64,000 bases of DNA from Neoconidiobolus thromboides FSU 785 (taxonomy: Eukaryota > Fungi > Entomophthoromycota), in contig MU626261.1 in the NCBI GenBank assembly GCA_025603075.1, positions 124,001 through 188,000 of the forward strand, read 5' to 3'. Shown here one piece after another: positions 26,201 through 39,133 of the stretch (its first letter is position 1; each line of letters begins with the position of its first letter). The notes below the pieces were generated by a model. The model was given only the letters and a program-made list of their open reading frames with translations, did not search any database and had not been told where the DNA came from. A program made the translations under genes and the position numbers.

Positions 26201-26920
26201 AATCTTACAATCAACTTACCTCCACCTCATCTTACTCTTACTCTTACTTTTCCATTTTTATAACTCCTTGAAACTTGAGGTTGCCAAGTGATTTCCATAA
26301 AATCAAAAACGTGGTACTATTTTGTTAGAATTGTATAAAAAGCTGAGTATGTGTGTAGTAATTTTTCAAAAATACTCCATGCTAAGCCAAATTATAAATG
26401 ATTTATTAATAACTTTTAAAAAGTATAGTTTTGTTATAAAGGTTATTTTTAGAAGCTGTGAATAACCCTCTTGTTTTTCAATATGTTTTAAAACATAAGA
26501 TTCTTCATTGTTTTATAACCCTTACTTTTTTATTTATTATTGCTTTTGCTTGTTATGAAAATTATATAATGGTCAACTAACAATTTGTAAATTTTAGTAG
26601 AATTTATTTAGTCATTGTTTTAATTACATCAGTTAATATCTACGATCAGATTTGGCAAGAACTATTCATTATTAAATCATTATTGAAAAGTTATTATTCA
26701 CCCCGACTACTCCCATATTTTTTGAATTAATTAAGTATAGCTGATATTGATAAGTGTTTTACAGATAAAAAATAAAACTTTTAATCCCTTTTCTTTCAAC
26801 ACCAATTATCCCTTATTTTTACTTGATTAATTTAAAAAATTTATTAATTCAACTTTTGGGGTAAAACCTTAGTGTTTTAATTGATTTTTTTATCAAATAT
26901 AGATGCTTTAAGACATATTT

Positions 26921-26976
26921 AATATTCAATATTCAATATTCGATATTCAATACTCAATATTCAATACTCAATATCT
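26921..26976. repeat. Heptamer tandem repeat (AATAYTC)x8
   Basis: aatattc aatattc aatattc gatattc aatactc aatattc aatactc aatatct. Confidence 0.9.
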
Positions 26977-29074
26977 CATTTCTACCTCCTATTATTTTAT
27001 AAAATCAATTAAGTTTTAATACTTCATTTAATGGGGAGATAGGGTTAGTTGAAATGAATATTTTTAAATTGAAACTTTTGTAGAAACATGTTGACAAGCT
27101 TTCTGATTAGTTGCACAAGTTTAGAAGAATATGAATGTTCTAATAATGAGATTTATTCATGACATTGACAAAATTATGTAACAAGCGGTGGAATTATTAG
27201 AAACAATAATCGAATGTTTTTAATGAAAATGAATTACCTCAAACTCGACTTCAGTATTATAAGTATGTACTGCTTTGTAACAGTTGCTGATAGGAATATA
27301 CTGGATTGTAAATAATATAAACTTATAAACTTATTCGTATATTATTTATCAATTTTTGAAATTAAAAGATTATCAAAAAAAACTGGTAGCAGAATAAAAT
27401 ATTCTCAATTAACAAATTAGGAAATAATCATGTTTGTACGCTTATCTTAATAGATTTAAAAAGGCAAATATCATTTCTCTAAAACATAAAATAAAATAAA
27501 AATAAATTTTTATATTAAAAAATAATAGTAAAAACGTTATTGACTCCAACAATTAAGTTTTATTTCTATTTCTATTTCTGTTTTTAATTTTAATTTTAAT
27601 TTTTTATTTTAATTTCAATTTTTTATTTTTTCAAGTTTTATTTTACGCTAATTAAATAATAGCGTTCATTCTAAAAATTTAACTTAATTTTGAAATTATT
27701 TCTAATATTTTCTACTAAAATTGATTTCTGATTTACTAAAAGTAATTAGTTTCTATTTATCGCATTATAAATATAAATGTAACAATTCAAATAATTTAAC
27801 TATTACGATTCCTTACTTCAAACTTCTAATTTGAACATTTGATAATTAAAAAAATCCACAAATTAAAGCGATCACAAAAACATAGTCACAGTCTTCTTTT
27901 TACAATTGTATTTGAGATTCATGTTTATTTCTATATTGTAATGTTTTCATCATGGTATTATTTTTAATTGATAATAGCATTAAGAAGTAAACATGTTATA
28001 GTAATTGTCACTAATGACACTAAATGGACATATATTATAATAGAAAAGAAAAAAAGAAAAAAAGAAAAATAACGCTATTAATTTAGAATATGAATTCTTT
28101 GACTTTCAAAGGTATTTTTCATTGAAGGATGGTAATCAAATGCTAATAATAAAACACCAGACTCCTTTTTTAAAGCACTATTTATAATAAAGTTTGATTT
28201 AATTAGTTATGTTTTTAATAATAAAGCCTTTATATTATTATAATTAAGTAATGATTTTAAATATTTCGGTTAATCTAATTTAGTTGTTTATTTGAAATTA
28301 ATTAAACATTATTATTCAAATTGTCTGTCTACAACTTAAAAAAACTCATTGCTATTCCAAGCTAATGAGCAACATTTATAAAAAAGATTCTTTCATTAAC
28401 TGTTTTTTACATATAGAATGTGTGAATATTATACTTTTTACATTTAATTAGTATTATACAAGTTTCAAATTATCTTTTTATATTCAAATGGTAACTCTAA
28501 AAAACAAGTATTTTATATAAATAGATGATTTAATATTAACAAAAGTTGAATATTTAACCATTATAATTCAATTAACTGCTAACTACATACGAAATATAAC
28601 CGCTTGAAATAAGATATTCGAATTTTATAGTGGATCAAATTAAGAGAATATACAATTTGATTATTAATTATTACTATTATGTTAATACAATAAATTTATA
28701 AAACCTTTCTATTATTATTACATTACTATTTATTGATTTCATGTGAAGAGATAAGCTTTAGAAAATTAGATTTCTTATCATTCCTATTAAGCTTGAAATC
28801 AGCTGAGTAAAATCAACTTGTTCAACTGATAATTAGGATTCATAACCTATAATTTGCAGCTTCAAACCAATTTCAAATATTCAAAGTTGGGTGATAACAA
28901 GACTATAAACAAGGCATGATTGGTTCAAACTATTCTTATCAATGCTTAGATAAAGGGCTATGACATGGCACTTAACTCAACAAAACAAAATTGAAAAGTA
29001 TAAATACAATCAAATTAGCATTTTAATTGCAATTTATATTCAACTTTTTATTAAAAGTACACATTACAGAAATT

Positions 29075-30079
29075 ATGGTTAAAGTAACAGTTCTTGGTGC
29101 AGCTGGTGGTATTGGACAACCCTTATCTTTATTGTTAAAACTCAATCCCATCATCTCTCATTTATCCTTATATGATATTGTCAATGTACATGGTGTAGCT
29201 GCTGATATTGGCCATATTAATACACCATCGGTAGTGACTTCTCATCAGGGTGCAGATAGCTTAATTGAGGCTGTAGAAAATTCACATTTAGTTGTAATAC
29301 CAGCTGGTGTACCACGTAAACCTGGTATGACTCGAGATGATTTATTTAAAATTAACGCTGGTATTGTAAGAGATTTAGCTACTGCTTGTGCTAAAGCTTG
29401 TCCAAAAGCATTTATTTTAATAATCTCAAATCCAGTTAATTCAACCACTCCAATTGTTGCTGAAGTATTTAAAAATCATAATGTTTATGATCCAAAACGT
29501 ATCTTTGGTGTAACTACTCTAGATTCTGTTCGTGCTTCGGCTTTTGTTGCTGCTGCTGCTAATAATAATATCAAACCTCATGAAGTTCGTTTACCAGTTA
29601 TTGGGGGTCATTCTGGGGCTACCATTGTACCACTTTTTTCTCAAGCTAAACCAAGTGTTAACTTCAATGAACAACAACTTAAAGATTTAACTAACCGTGT
29701 TCAATATGGTGGTGATGAAGTTGTTAAAGCCAAAGGTGGAGCTGGGTCAGCTACTTTAAGTATGGCCCATGCAGGTGCACGATTTACTAATGCTTTATTA
29801 GATGCCTCAGTTAAAGGGGTAACAGGTATTATTGAACCCGGATATGTTAATTTACAAGCGGATCCAAAGAATATTAGTGAATTGAAAAAGTTTTCAAAAG
29901 ATGCTACTTATTTTGCATTTGATATTGAACTTTCAAAAAATGGAGTAGAAAAATTAATTGTACCAGCTAATGTTACTAGTTATGAAACTCAATTAATTAA
30001 TGACGCAGTTGCTGAACTTAGTAAAAGTATTGTTAAAGGAGAAGAATTTGTTAAAGGAGATTCTGAATCTAAGCTTTAG
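29075..30079 (+). CDS. MDH: NAD-dependent malate dehydrogenase with C-terminal PTS1 (peroxisomal/glyoxysomal type), intronless
   Basis: MVKVTVLGAAGGIGQPLSLLLK, PAGVPRKPGMTRDDLF, VIGGHSG, GSATLSMA; ends SKL*. True start taken as ATG 29075, not the TTG at 29027. Confidence 0.95.
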   Translation: MVKVTVLGAAGGIGQPLSLLLKLNPIISHLSLYDIVNVHGVAADIGHINTPSVVTSHQGADSLIEAVENSHLVVIPAGVPRKPGMTRDDLFKINAGIVRDLATACAKACPKAFILIISNPVNSTTPIVAEVFKNHNVYDPKRIFGVTTLDSVRASAFVAAAANNNIKPHEVRLPVIGGHSGATIVPLFSQAKPSVNFNEQQLKDLTNRVQYGGDEVVKAKGGAGSATLSMAHAGARFTNALLDASVKGVTGIIEPGYVNLQADPKNISELKKFSKDATYFAFDIELSKNGVEKLIVPANVTSYETQLINDAVAELSKSIVKGEEFVKGDSESKL

Positions 30080-31151
30080 ATAATTGATATTATTAAATGT
30101 ATATTTATTGAAGTAATTTTTTATTTTTATTTTTTTGTTATTTCAATTGAACATTTAAATCAATACTAATTTAATTTTACTGTAATTTAAATGGATTAAT
30201 ATTTGATAGTTTTAATATGAGTGAGTATCTTTTTTTAAAGTATGAGTTCCAATTAGTTTATTTAATAACTCAATAAAGGTAAATATTTATATCAGTCAAC
30301 TTAATGGATTAATTGATTGAATAAGAATGCTCTAGAAGGATATAGATTGAATAATATAGCCTTTTATTCTTAGAAGATTCAAAGCATAAACGAAGTAAGA
30401 ATATTCAAATAGTCAAATGAATCACTCTACTCAATGGGTTCATAGAATCCATGGGAACTGTTTAGAAGGGTAAAGATCGAGACTAGTAACCCTATGCCCT
30501 TGAAAGTTTTGAGGAGTATAATTGAAAGTAAGGATACTTTAGATATCTAAAATGATTTCGATTAAGGGAAGAAAAAAGGATCAAGTGAGGTTGAACTGTT
30601 AATGGGATCAACATGAGATATCGTGAAGATATTATATATATAACTCAAATATCTGTTAAGAATAATAAAAGGTTTTATATGGTACATTTATTGAAAAGGA
30701 ATGGAAGAAGGAGTAAGGAAATCTCTTGAGATTAGGAAAATAAAGTTTGGACTACTGATAAGATAGAAGTAGGGGCTAAAGTGAAATATTAGAAGCAAAG
30801 TTGAGTGAATTAAGTATTTAATATTATGTCTTTTATAAAGATGAAATTTTAACAAGACCATTTTTTATTTTTATCTTATAAGGGGTACTGCTTTATTTAT
30901 ATAAAAAGCAATAAAAGACCATAATAATTAGGAAGCAAAGAGAATGATTAATATAAGGATGTTCAGTAATAAATATGTAAGTTAAGTGGTAAAATTGTAT
31001 TATCTAGGGAATTTGGGTATTGAGTAAAGAAGATTAATTCATGTTCACTCACTTTGATTTGGGGTAATTAATATTATTAAAAATAATTTATTATATAAAT
31101 ATAAAATATAAAATATAAATATTTATTAATTATACAAAAATAAAACTTTAT

Positions 31152-32717
31152 TTAAACTAAAGTTAAAAATAAGGATTGATAAAATTTAGCTAATTGTTTT
31201 TTCATATTATTATTTAACATCAAATTATTAATTGAATGTCTTAACTTTAACAATAACTCTTTCTTTCTCTCCACATCTTCTACTTTCTCCATTGTTAGAT
31301 ATTGATAATAATTAATAAAATGATAAACATTATGATATGGACCATCTTGAATGGGGTTGGTTAATTTCTCTATAACAGTGATATCGGATGGAGAGTTATA
31401 AATTTGTAATAACTTTATTATTAGATTATTGAATTCATTATTGTTATTGCTACATTGATTTTTTGCTTGATTTAATAAATTAATGATATATTGTTTCTCT
31501 TTAATTAAAATACTTTGATTAATTTGTACTAAATAATAATCCATTGATATAAACTCATTTAAACTAATATTCATATCCTTATTATTTTTCATCTTAATTA
31601 TAATTTCATTTAAATTGTCTTTGAAATATTTAATTAATTGTTCATCTTGTTTATTTTTACTGTTTAATTGAAATTGATAATCTTTAAGAAATTCTAATGG
31701 CAAATCAAATTGATAATATTCTTTTAACAATATACTTAAATAATTTAATTCCATTTGAGTTTGTTGAGTCAAGTTGGAATAAGATTTGAGGTATTTTATT
31801 ATTAAAATAATAATATTATAGCCAAAACTAGACCATTGATTAATTGTATTTTGTTGTTTTTGCTTATCAAAGAAAGGCACTAAATTATTTAATAAAACTC
31901 TTTCTTCTTGTATATAATTACTAACATTTGCTTTAAACATCATACCAATTGCTTGAGAAATAAGCTGCATACATAATTGACATAAATCCATTACTCCGGC
32001 TTGAACGTTAAATTTCAAAATTTTTTCATTCTTCTTATTATTATTTCTATTTCCATTATAAAACAGAGAATATCCGATTAAAACTATCGAAATAAAAGGC
32101 AATGTAAATAGCGAAATGACTTTTTCTTTTGATTCTTGATGAATAGATGGTTGTTGTTGTTGATAATAAGGTAAATAAAATAGAATAAGTAAAAAAAAAG
32201 ACATCATATAAAATCGTGTATTATTTGAATTATTACTATTATTGTTATCTCCATTATATTCTGGAGAAGAACAAGTATGATCTGTATGACTATTAGAATC
32301 TACTGAAAATGAATTCAATTGCTGATTTTGTTGATTATTAAAATTGATATTCTTTCTTAACATTTCATTCTCCCTTTCCAAATATTGGATATATTCGGTC
32401 GCTTTGTTTAAAATAGTTGATTTTGAAAATTTATTAGGTGGTTTAATATTTGAACAATAGCTGGTAATATTTCCTTTTTCATTAATTCCAAATGGTAAAC
32501 AATTTTTTAAAATTTCCATTCCATCTAATAACGAACTACGATATTTTTTTTCGATAATGTTATGATTCTTTGTTTTAATCTCTTTCTTCTTTCGTCCAAC
32601 TCGTTGTTTCCCCCCACTATAATTAGGAGATCCATCAATACGTTCCAAATTAAGATATTTGTTGATTAATTCTTCCGATTCTTCTTGTTTAAAATCAATA
32701 GTAGTGGTGGCAATAGG

Positions 32718-32768
<51 letters not shown>

Positions 32769-33260
32769 GAAATCTAAATTAAATTCATGATTTGGTGAAC
32801 TTAACAATGGTACTCCGTTTAATTGTGGTGAAGATTCATGATTTAACATAGGGTGTAAAGGAGACACTGAATTCAACGGAGAAATAGAGTTTAAACTTCC
32901 AATTTCTGTTGTTGAAATAGAATTCAGGCTTCCCATTTCTGTTGTTGAAATAGTAGTTAGACTATTCAAATTATTTTGTTGTTGTAAAGAATTTAATAAA
33001 ATCAATTGTTGTTGTTGTTGTTGTAATTGATACCATTGAGTTAATAATGGATTCATTAAATTCATATTATTTAAAATATTGTTATTATTGTTTAAACTTA
33101 ATTCTAATAACCCGGTGAGGGGATTCAGTATTACAGTTTCATTATTAATTGGTAAACTTAAATTTAATAGATTGTTGCTGTTGCTGGTATTTATTAATGA
33201 TGGGTCTAATCCTTGAAGCAATAGATTATCATTTAATATTGTTTCTTCATCTAAATTCAT
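31152..33260 (-). CDS. SREBP-like membrane-bound bHLH transcription factor (Sre1-like), intronless
   Basis: Basic region HNIIEKKYRSS has the SREBP-diagnostic Tyr. Helix 2 is KSTILNKATEYIQYLE, followed by two hydrophobic segments. Contains a poly-Asn (ATT)n tract and a 33-nt internal duplication. Confidence 0.85.
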
Positions 33261-33796
33261 TTTTTTTGGGATTTAATTGAAATAAAATAATGCTGATAAA
33301 TTAAAAATTAATAAAAAACTAATAAAAATTAATTTGATTTTATATTCAAATAGCATTTATTATTTTCTGAAAAAAATCATACGATTATTTTAATTGATTA
33401 AAATTGACTAATCCTCTCCTTTTATTGGTTCAAATTATTTGGAATTTCCTTTAAAGTTTGGATTTTAAAACTGAAATTTCAGGGAAGTTCAATGATTGGC
33501 TTTGGATAAGTGGTACTATTTTAAATTTTAATGCTTTTGAGTACTTGATAGTTGATAGTGATAGTATAGAAATAATAAGATTCTTGAGAATTCGAATTCT
33601 TTGCAAAATATAACTTATATAATAGCACTTCATATGAAAAACTAAAAACAATAAGGTGTATTTATGTTCCAAAAAATTAAAGATCTAAAAAGCTCTAAAC
33701 ATCATTTGGCTTCTACATAATATTTAGAATTAGAATGTATTGAAGATGAACATTCTAAGCTAGTTTGTATTTAATGATAAAAGCTATTATATAATA

Positions 33797-33870
33797 TTTA
33801 AAGAATTTGTCAACTTTTTGCTCAATAATGCTTAAAAAATGGAAAAATTAATGAAACCGAAAACATCCCT
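33797..33870 (+). mobile_element. Degenerate family A element in the SREBP/ORC6 divergent promoter
   Basis: tttaaagaatttgtcaactttttgctcaataatgcttaaaaaatggaaaaattaatgaaaccgaaaaacatccc. Confidence 0.65.
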
Positions 33871-34039
33871 TATTATGACTACTCTCCATAAAATTTCATT
33901 TTTTATACTTTTATACTTTATAAAAAAGCTTTCTTCATCAAACAAAATTTCCAATTTCCAACCTTAAAAATATTATTAATTGTAGCTCAATTTAATTCAA
34001 TTCATTCTTACCTTTTATTCTATTTTTACAACTTTTAAA

Positions 34040-35011
34040 ATGTCCCTCAATATCATCAAGCATCATATCAAATTATTACAGCTTGATTTAACCTTGATGC
34101 AATTTGAAGAACTATTAGCTCAAACCCAAGGATATTATAATAATTTAAAAGCCAAAGTAACACAAAGGGATCGTAATGGAGCGAATTGTAGACCAGCGAT
34201 TTGTTTGCATTTAGCATTGAAAAGGTAAGTTTATGTTTTATTAGATTATTTTGAATGAAATAAAGACATCAATTAGTTTACATTTACCAGTTGATACTCG
34301 AGCTTTATGTTCTATCTCTGGTACTACAAGAGATAAATATCGTAAAGCATTAATTGAATATAGTAAAATATTAAATCTTCAAATGGATATCGATTTTTAT
34401 AAATTATGTGTTAAATATGGGGACCCAAGTTTGGTAGATGGGTTAGAGAAGGATTTAGAATATATTAAGGAGGATAAAAAAATGAAAAAAAGAATTGAAG
34501 ATATGGATATCAATTTGGTTAAATTAGCATTATTTTATATTATTTGTGAGGAAAATGGGGTAAGTTTTGATATTCTTGATAGTTGAAGTTTACAAAAGAA
34601 GGATTAATTACAATCTTATTTTTAGATTCGAGTGGACAAAGACCAGTTATTAAAAGAAGTTTATGCAACAAGTAAAGGTTTTTTATCATTAATTAAAGAA
34701 GTTAAATTCACTTTGAGCAAAAAGGAACGTAATGAAGTTATTGACAAAGCTATCAATAACAATAATCAAGTTAATATAGATGATATACTAAATAAAAATA
34801 AAAATAATGATGAAAACAAAAATAAAAAGAGGAAATTAGTACCATCCCCATTTTTAAATTATCATTGGGTAAGTTAGATCAAAATAATTTATTTTAAATT
34901 AACAATAATAATAACTAATAGGGAGAAACACAAAAGTATGAAAAAACAAAAGGACATAAAAAACATAAAGAATGGGAATCCAATATATTACAACAATTAA
35001 CATCGATATAA
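34040..35011 (+). CDS. ORC6: Origin recognition complex subunit 6, 4 exons
   Basis: PAICLHLA, PVDTRALCSISG..KYRKALIEYSKILNL, IDFYKLCVKYG, IRVDKDQL and a last exon HKEWESNILQQL resembling the ORC6 C-terminal W motif. Confidence 0.75.
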
Positions 35012-35033
35012 TTTTATTTCAATATCATCTCCT

Positions 35034-36912
35034 TTATTCCTTCTCATAGTCCTCTACTGGATAAAATTCTGGATATTTTTTAATATGTTGTAACATTTCA
35101 TTTTGTTGTTCTAATAAATGTTTAGGTACATCATCATAAACATCGGTAAATAAATTTTTGATAGATGGTTTTTTTAATTCTTCAGCTACTTTAAACGCAG
35201 TTAAAATTTCTTTTTTGATCTTCTTTTTACTTTCATCTTCCATTGTTTGATTCCAATACCCTTTATTTTCCAACCATTGACGATAACGTACTATTGGGTT
35301 ATCTAATCGTTTCCAATCTTCTACTTCCTAGATTAATTTAATATGGAGATTAGTATTTATTATATGAGTTAATGGATAGAATTTAATAACTTACTTGTTT
35401 AGATCTATAAGCTGAAGAATCATCAGAGGTGGAGTGATGGCCAACTCTAAATTAATAATTTTATTATTATTAATAATATCACTTTAGTTTCTAATTTTAA
35501 ATTTACCTATAAGACATAGCTTCAATTAAGACTGGTTTATTTTGTTCAATAGCCAGTTTACGTGCTGCTTTAGTAGCATTATAAACAGCCTAAATTAAAA
35601 AGATAGAAAATTAATTGTTGATTTGCTGATTATTTGCAAATTCAATGAATTTCACTTACAAAAATATCATTACCATCCACACGAATAGTATCAATACCGT
35701 AACCTTTAAATTAATATTAATATTATAAATTTATTTTTATTAATTTTATATTTACCTATACCACGACCAGCTAAAATAATAAATGAATTAAAATTAATAT
35801 CATATTATTATAATATAAATATAATAAAACTTACCAATCCCGTCCCCTTTATATTGCTCATGAGCAGGAGTAGATATAGCAAATCCATTATTACGACTAT
35901 AAAAAATAATTCAATACCTATTCTTAATAAAAACCTATAAAATCCATACCAAAAGAAAATCACTGGACAAGAGAGAGTGGCTGCCATATTAAGCGCTGCA
36001 TGAAAGTCACCTTCTGAGGCCGCCCCTTCCCCAAAATAAGCAACTGCAACTGCATCCTTACCTGCCTGTTTCAAAGCATAAGCAGCACCTGAAGCTTGAG
36101 GCAATTGAGTACATAAAGGTGAAGAAATGGATTGAAAATTTAATTGTTTAGAACCATAATGAACAGGCATTTGTCTTCCTTTACCAATATCTTCAGAATT
36201 ACCATAACATTGATGCATAATTTGTTGAATTGTAAAACCACGATGAATTAAGACCCCAGCTTCACGATACTAAGAGGTAAAGTAAAATAATAGTCATATT
36301 AATAAAATCAAATGGATTGAGATAAAATGAACTTACTTGTCCAAAGATAACATCATCTAAAGTTAATGCAGCTGCACTCCCAATTTGTGCTTCTTCTCCA
36401 AACGCTGTCATATAAAATGAAATTCTACCTTGTCTTTGAGCATCATATAAAATTGTATCCATTAAGTTTAAAGTGATCATATGTTCATACATTTTTATAG
36501 CTAATTCTTTAGAAATCTATTATAATTAGATTTAATTAAAGAAATAAAGAATTAGATAATAATAATAATAATAATAATAATGATAATAATAAAATTAAAA
36601 TGTACTTACTTCAGGTTCTTTCATATTATCCACAATTTCACCTCTTTCATTCATAACTCGATAGGTAGGTATAGGTTCATTAATATTAATAAAGTTTAAT
36701 TGAGATGAGAAATGGGAGTTTATAGAACCTGGAAATCGAGTGGCAATTTTTTCAAAATTTGAACTTCTGGTATGGAACTAAGGTTAATAATTATATTAGA
36801 TGATTAATTGTTTTGAGTAAAATGGTATGAGATTTACTTTGTTTAATTTCAAACATGAATTGAAATTAAGTTTAGCGGCTTTGCTTGCTACTTGCTTTAT
36901 TGTATTCATCAT
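35034..36912 (-). CDS. BCKDHA: Branched-chain 2-oxoacid dehydrogenase E1 alpha subunit, multi-exon
   Basis: [75 protein letters not shown]. Confidence 0.95.
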
Positions 36913-37570
36913 TTTTTTAGTATTGATATGCTTACAAAAAATAAATTTGACTTTAGTTTGATTATTATTTTTTATTAAGGTTTTTTATTTCGATATTTTA
37001 AAACTTAACTAATGAAATTCCAAGCTTAAATTTAGTTTTAGAAAATTATGATGTGGCAAACTATTATTCTTTATATTTTCAATAAATACAAATATAATAA
37101 ATAAGTAAAGATACTATTAACTAGAAATTATAAAAGATAAAGCTATATCATTTAAAAGTATTATTTTAATATAATAATAATAAAACATTATCTTTTAATA
37201 TATATAAAAAAATTATTTGATTTCAAAGAAATTTATTTAATCAACGTAATTTAATCATATTATTGGCTAAGAATCATAGTAAGGTGCCATTATTTTTTTC
37301 TTAAAAAATAAAGAGGGATTAAAGTTTAGTTTAATTTGTGTTATAAAGAATAAATGTGTGAAAATTATTTAAAAAGAGTTGTATTTAATTTAAATTGATA
37401 TACTTTTAACTCATAGTTAGTCTAAACTTTCTATAATTAAATTTACAAACATTTATATTACAAATTTAAAATTAATTAAGCTTAATATAAAAAATAATTT
37501 ATTTAACAGATATGCTTGTAATCAACCCTTAAATTCTAATTATTAACAAGAAGAGTTAAGAGTTTAATTT

Positions 37571-38356
37571 TTATAATTCATTTTGAGGAGGATTAGGAGG
37601 AGAGTGAATAGGAGGAGGAGGAGTAGATATGGAATTTGAAGAAGTATTAGCAAAATTCAGTTGATAAGCTGGTAATTTAGAATTACTATTATTATTGTCA
37701 TTTAGTTGAGACATATTAATTCTTTTAAAATTGGAAGAAATTTTGGCTTGTTTGATGGAACTTGAATAACTATCCATTTGACGAATACTATTATTATATG
37801 AATAAGATCGAGTATGAGAAATAAATAAATTATCATTTGATATTGACTTTTTACTATCAAGATTAGTGTAACAATTAATAATACTATTATTACTATTATG
37901 CTGATATCTTTGAGAAGGTAATATAATTGGATTATTAAAAGCTAAACTAGCTTCTCTAACGGGTATTATCAATTGTTTATTTTGACCTTTTAAAGGTTTT
38001 GCTAAACATATTTTAGGAAACACACCATTTTGTTCAGTTGTTAAATTTTGTCCTAGACTCCAGCCATCATCAAAGTCTCGCCATACAGTTATAAAATCCC
38101 CACAATTTAAATGCATCTCATCATTTCGTCGTGCAAAGAAGGTACTATAAACTAAGATTTTGCTATTATTCTCCATTGTTGTTTCATTTATCATTGTATT
38201 AGAGGATAATAAAGGTTTTAATTTTCTCTTATATCTTTTTCTTCGTAATCTTATAATAATTATAATAATAATGATGCCTATTATTACTCCTAATCCTAAT
38301 CCACAAGATAACAATAAAGTTTTATCAATAGAAAATCGATTATTATTATCTATAGA

Positions 38357-38391
<35 letters not shown>

Positions 38392-38774
38392 CAACTATAA
38401 ATTAAAATTAATAAAATATTCATATTAAATTAAAGTTAAATCAACTTTACCTTGAGTAGATAATAATAAACATTGTGATTGATTATCATTATTAATTAAA
38501 GCATTATCACAACTTTGATTTATAAATGCTAATAAATTAGTTTTAAATTTTAAATTGGATTTAAAACAAATATTATTATTTTCAATTAAATTATTTATCT
38601 CTTTTTTATTATTATTACAATCGTGTTGACATAACATTAATTGATGTCCATTTGGTTGATTATAACATATTTTATTAATTGAATTTGTAAAATAAAATGA
38701 ACATATTAATGGTTCTAATAAGCGTTCAATTCTTTCATTAAATAATAAACAATGTGTATCTTCACTATTATCAC

Positions 38775-38822
<48 letters not shown>

Positions 38823-39133
38823 GTTGATATTCTTTTATTTTTTGAACAATTAATTGATCTAATTTATCTTCAATTGATAATTTATTATTATTAAAACTAT
38901 TAATCCAAGTTAAATTTAAATATGAATTCTTCCATTGTGGACATTTTAAAGATTCTATTAAAAATAATCCAACAAATTAATATATTATAATTATTATATT
39001 AATATATTAATAACTTACCTTTAATCTTTTGACACGAAACTACATCCTTATCTTTATTATTGTTTTCTTTAATTGAAGTATCTAATGCCATAGATGTTAC
39101 TATTAAGTAAATAAAGATGAACAATTGAAACAT
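37571..39133 (-). CDS. Type I membrane protein: signal peptide, Cys/Asn-rich ectodomain, TM helix, cytoplasmic SH3 domain; 3 exons
   Basis: MFQLFIFIYLIVTSMALD signal peptide; [24 protein letters not shown] followed by RLRRKRYKRK; SH3 YSTFFARRNDEMHLNCGDFITVWRDFDDGWSLG...GVFPKICL. Confidence 0.8.

Noticed and set aside
29027-29074. In-frame TTG-initiated N-terminal extension of MDH as a possible dual-targeting signal
   Set aside because: The 16 residues lack the Arg/Ser-rich amphipathic character of a presequence and show no PTS2. A possible upstream exon spliced at ttacag (29070) was out of frame.
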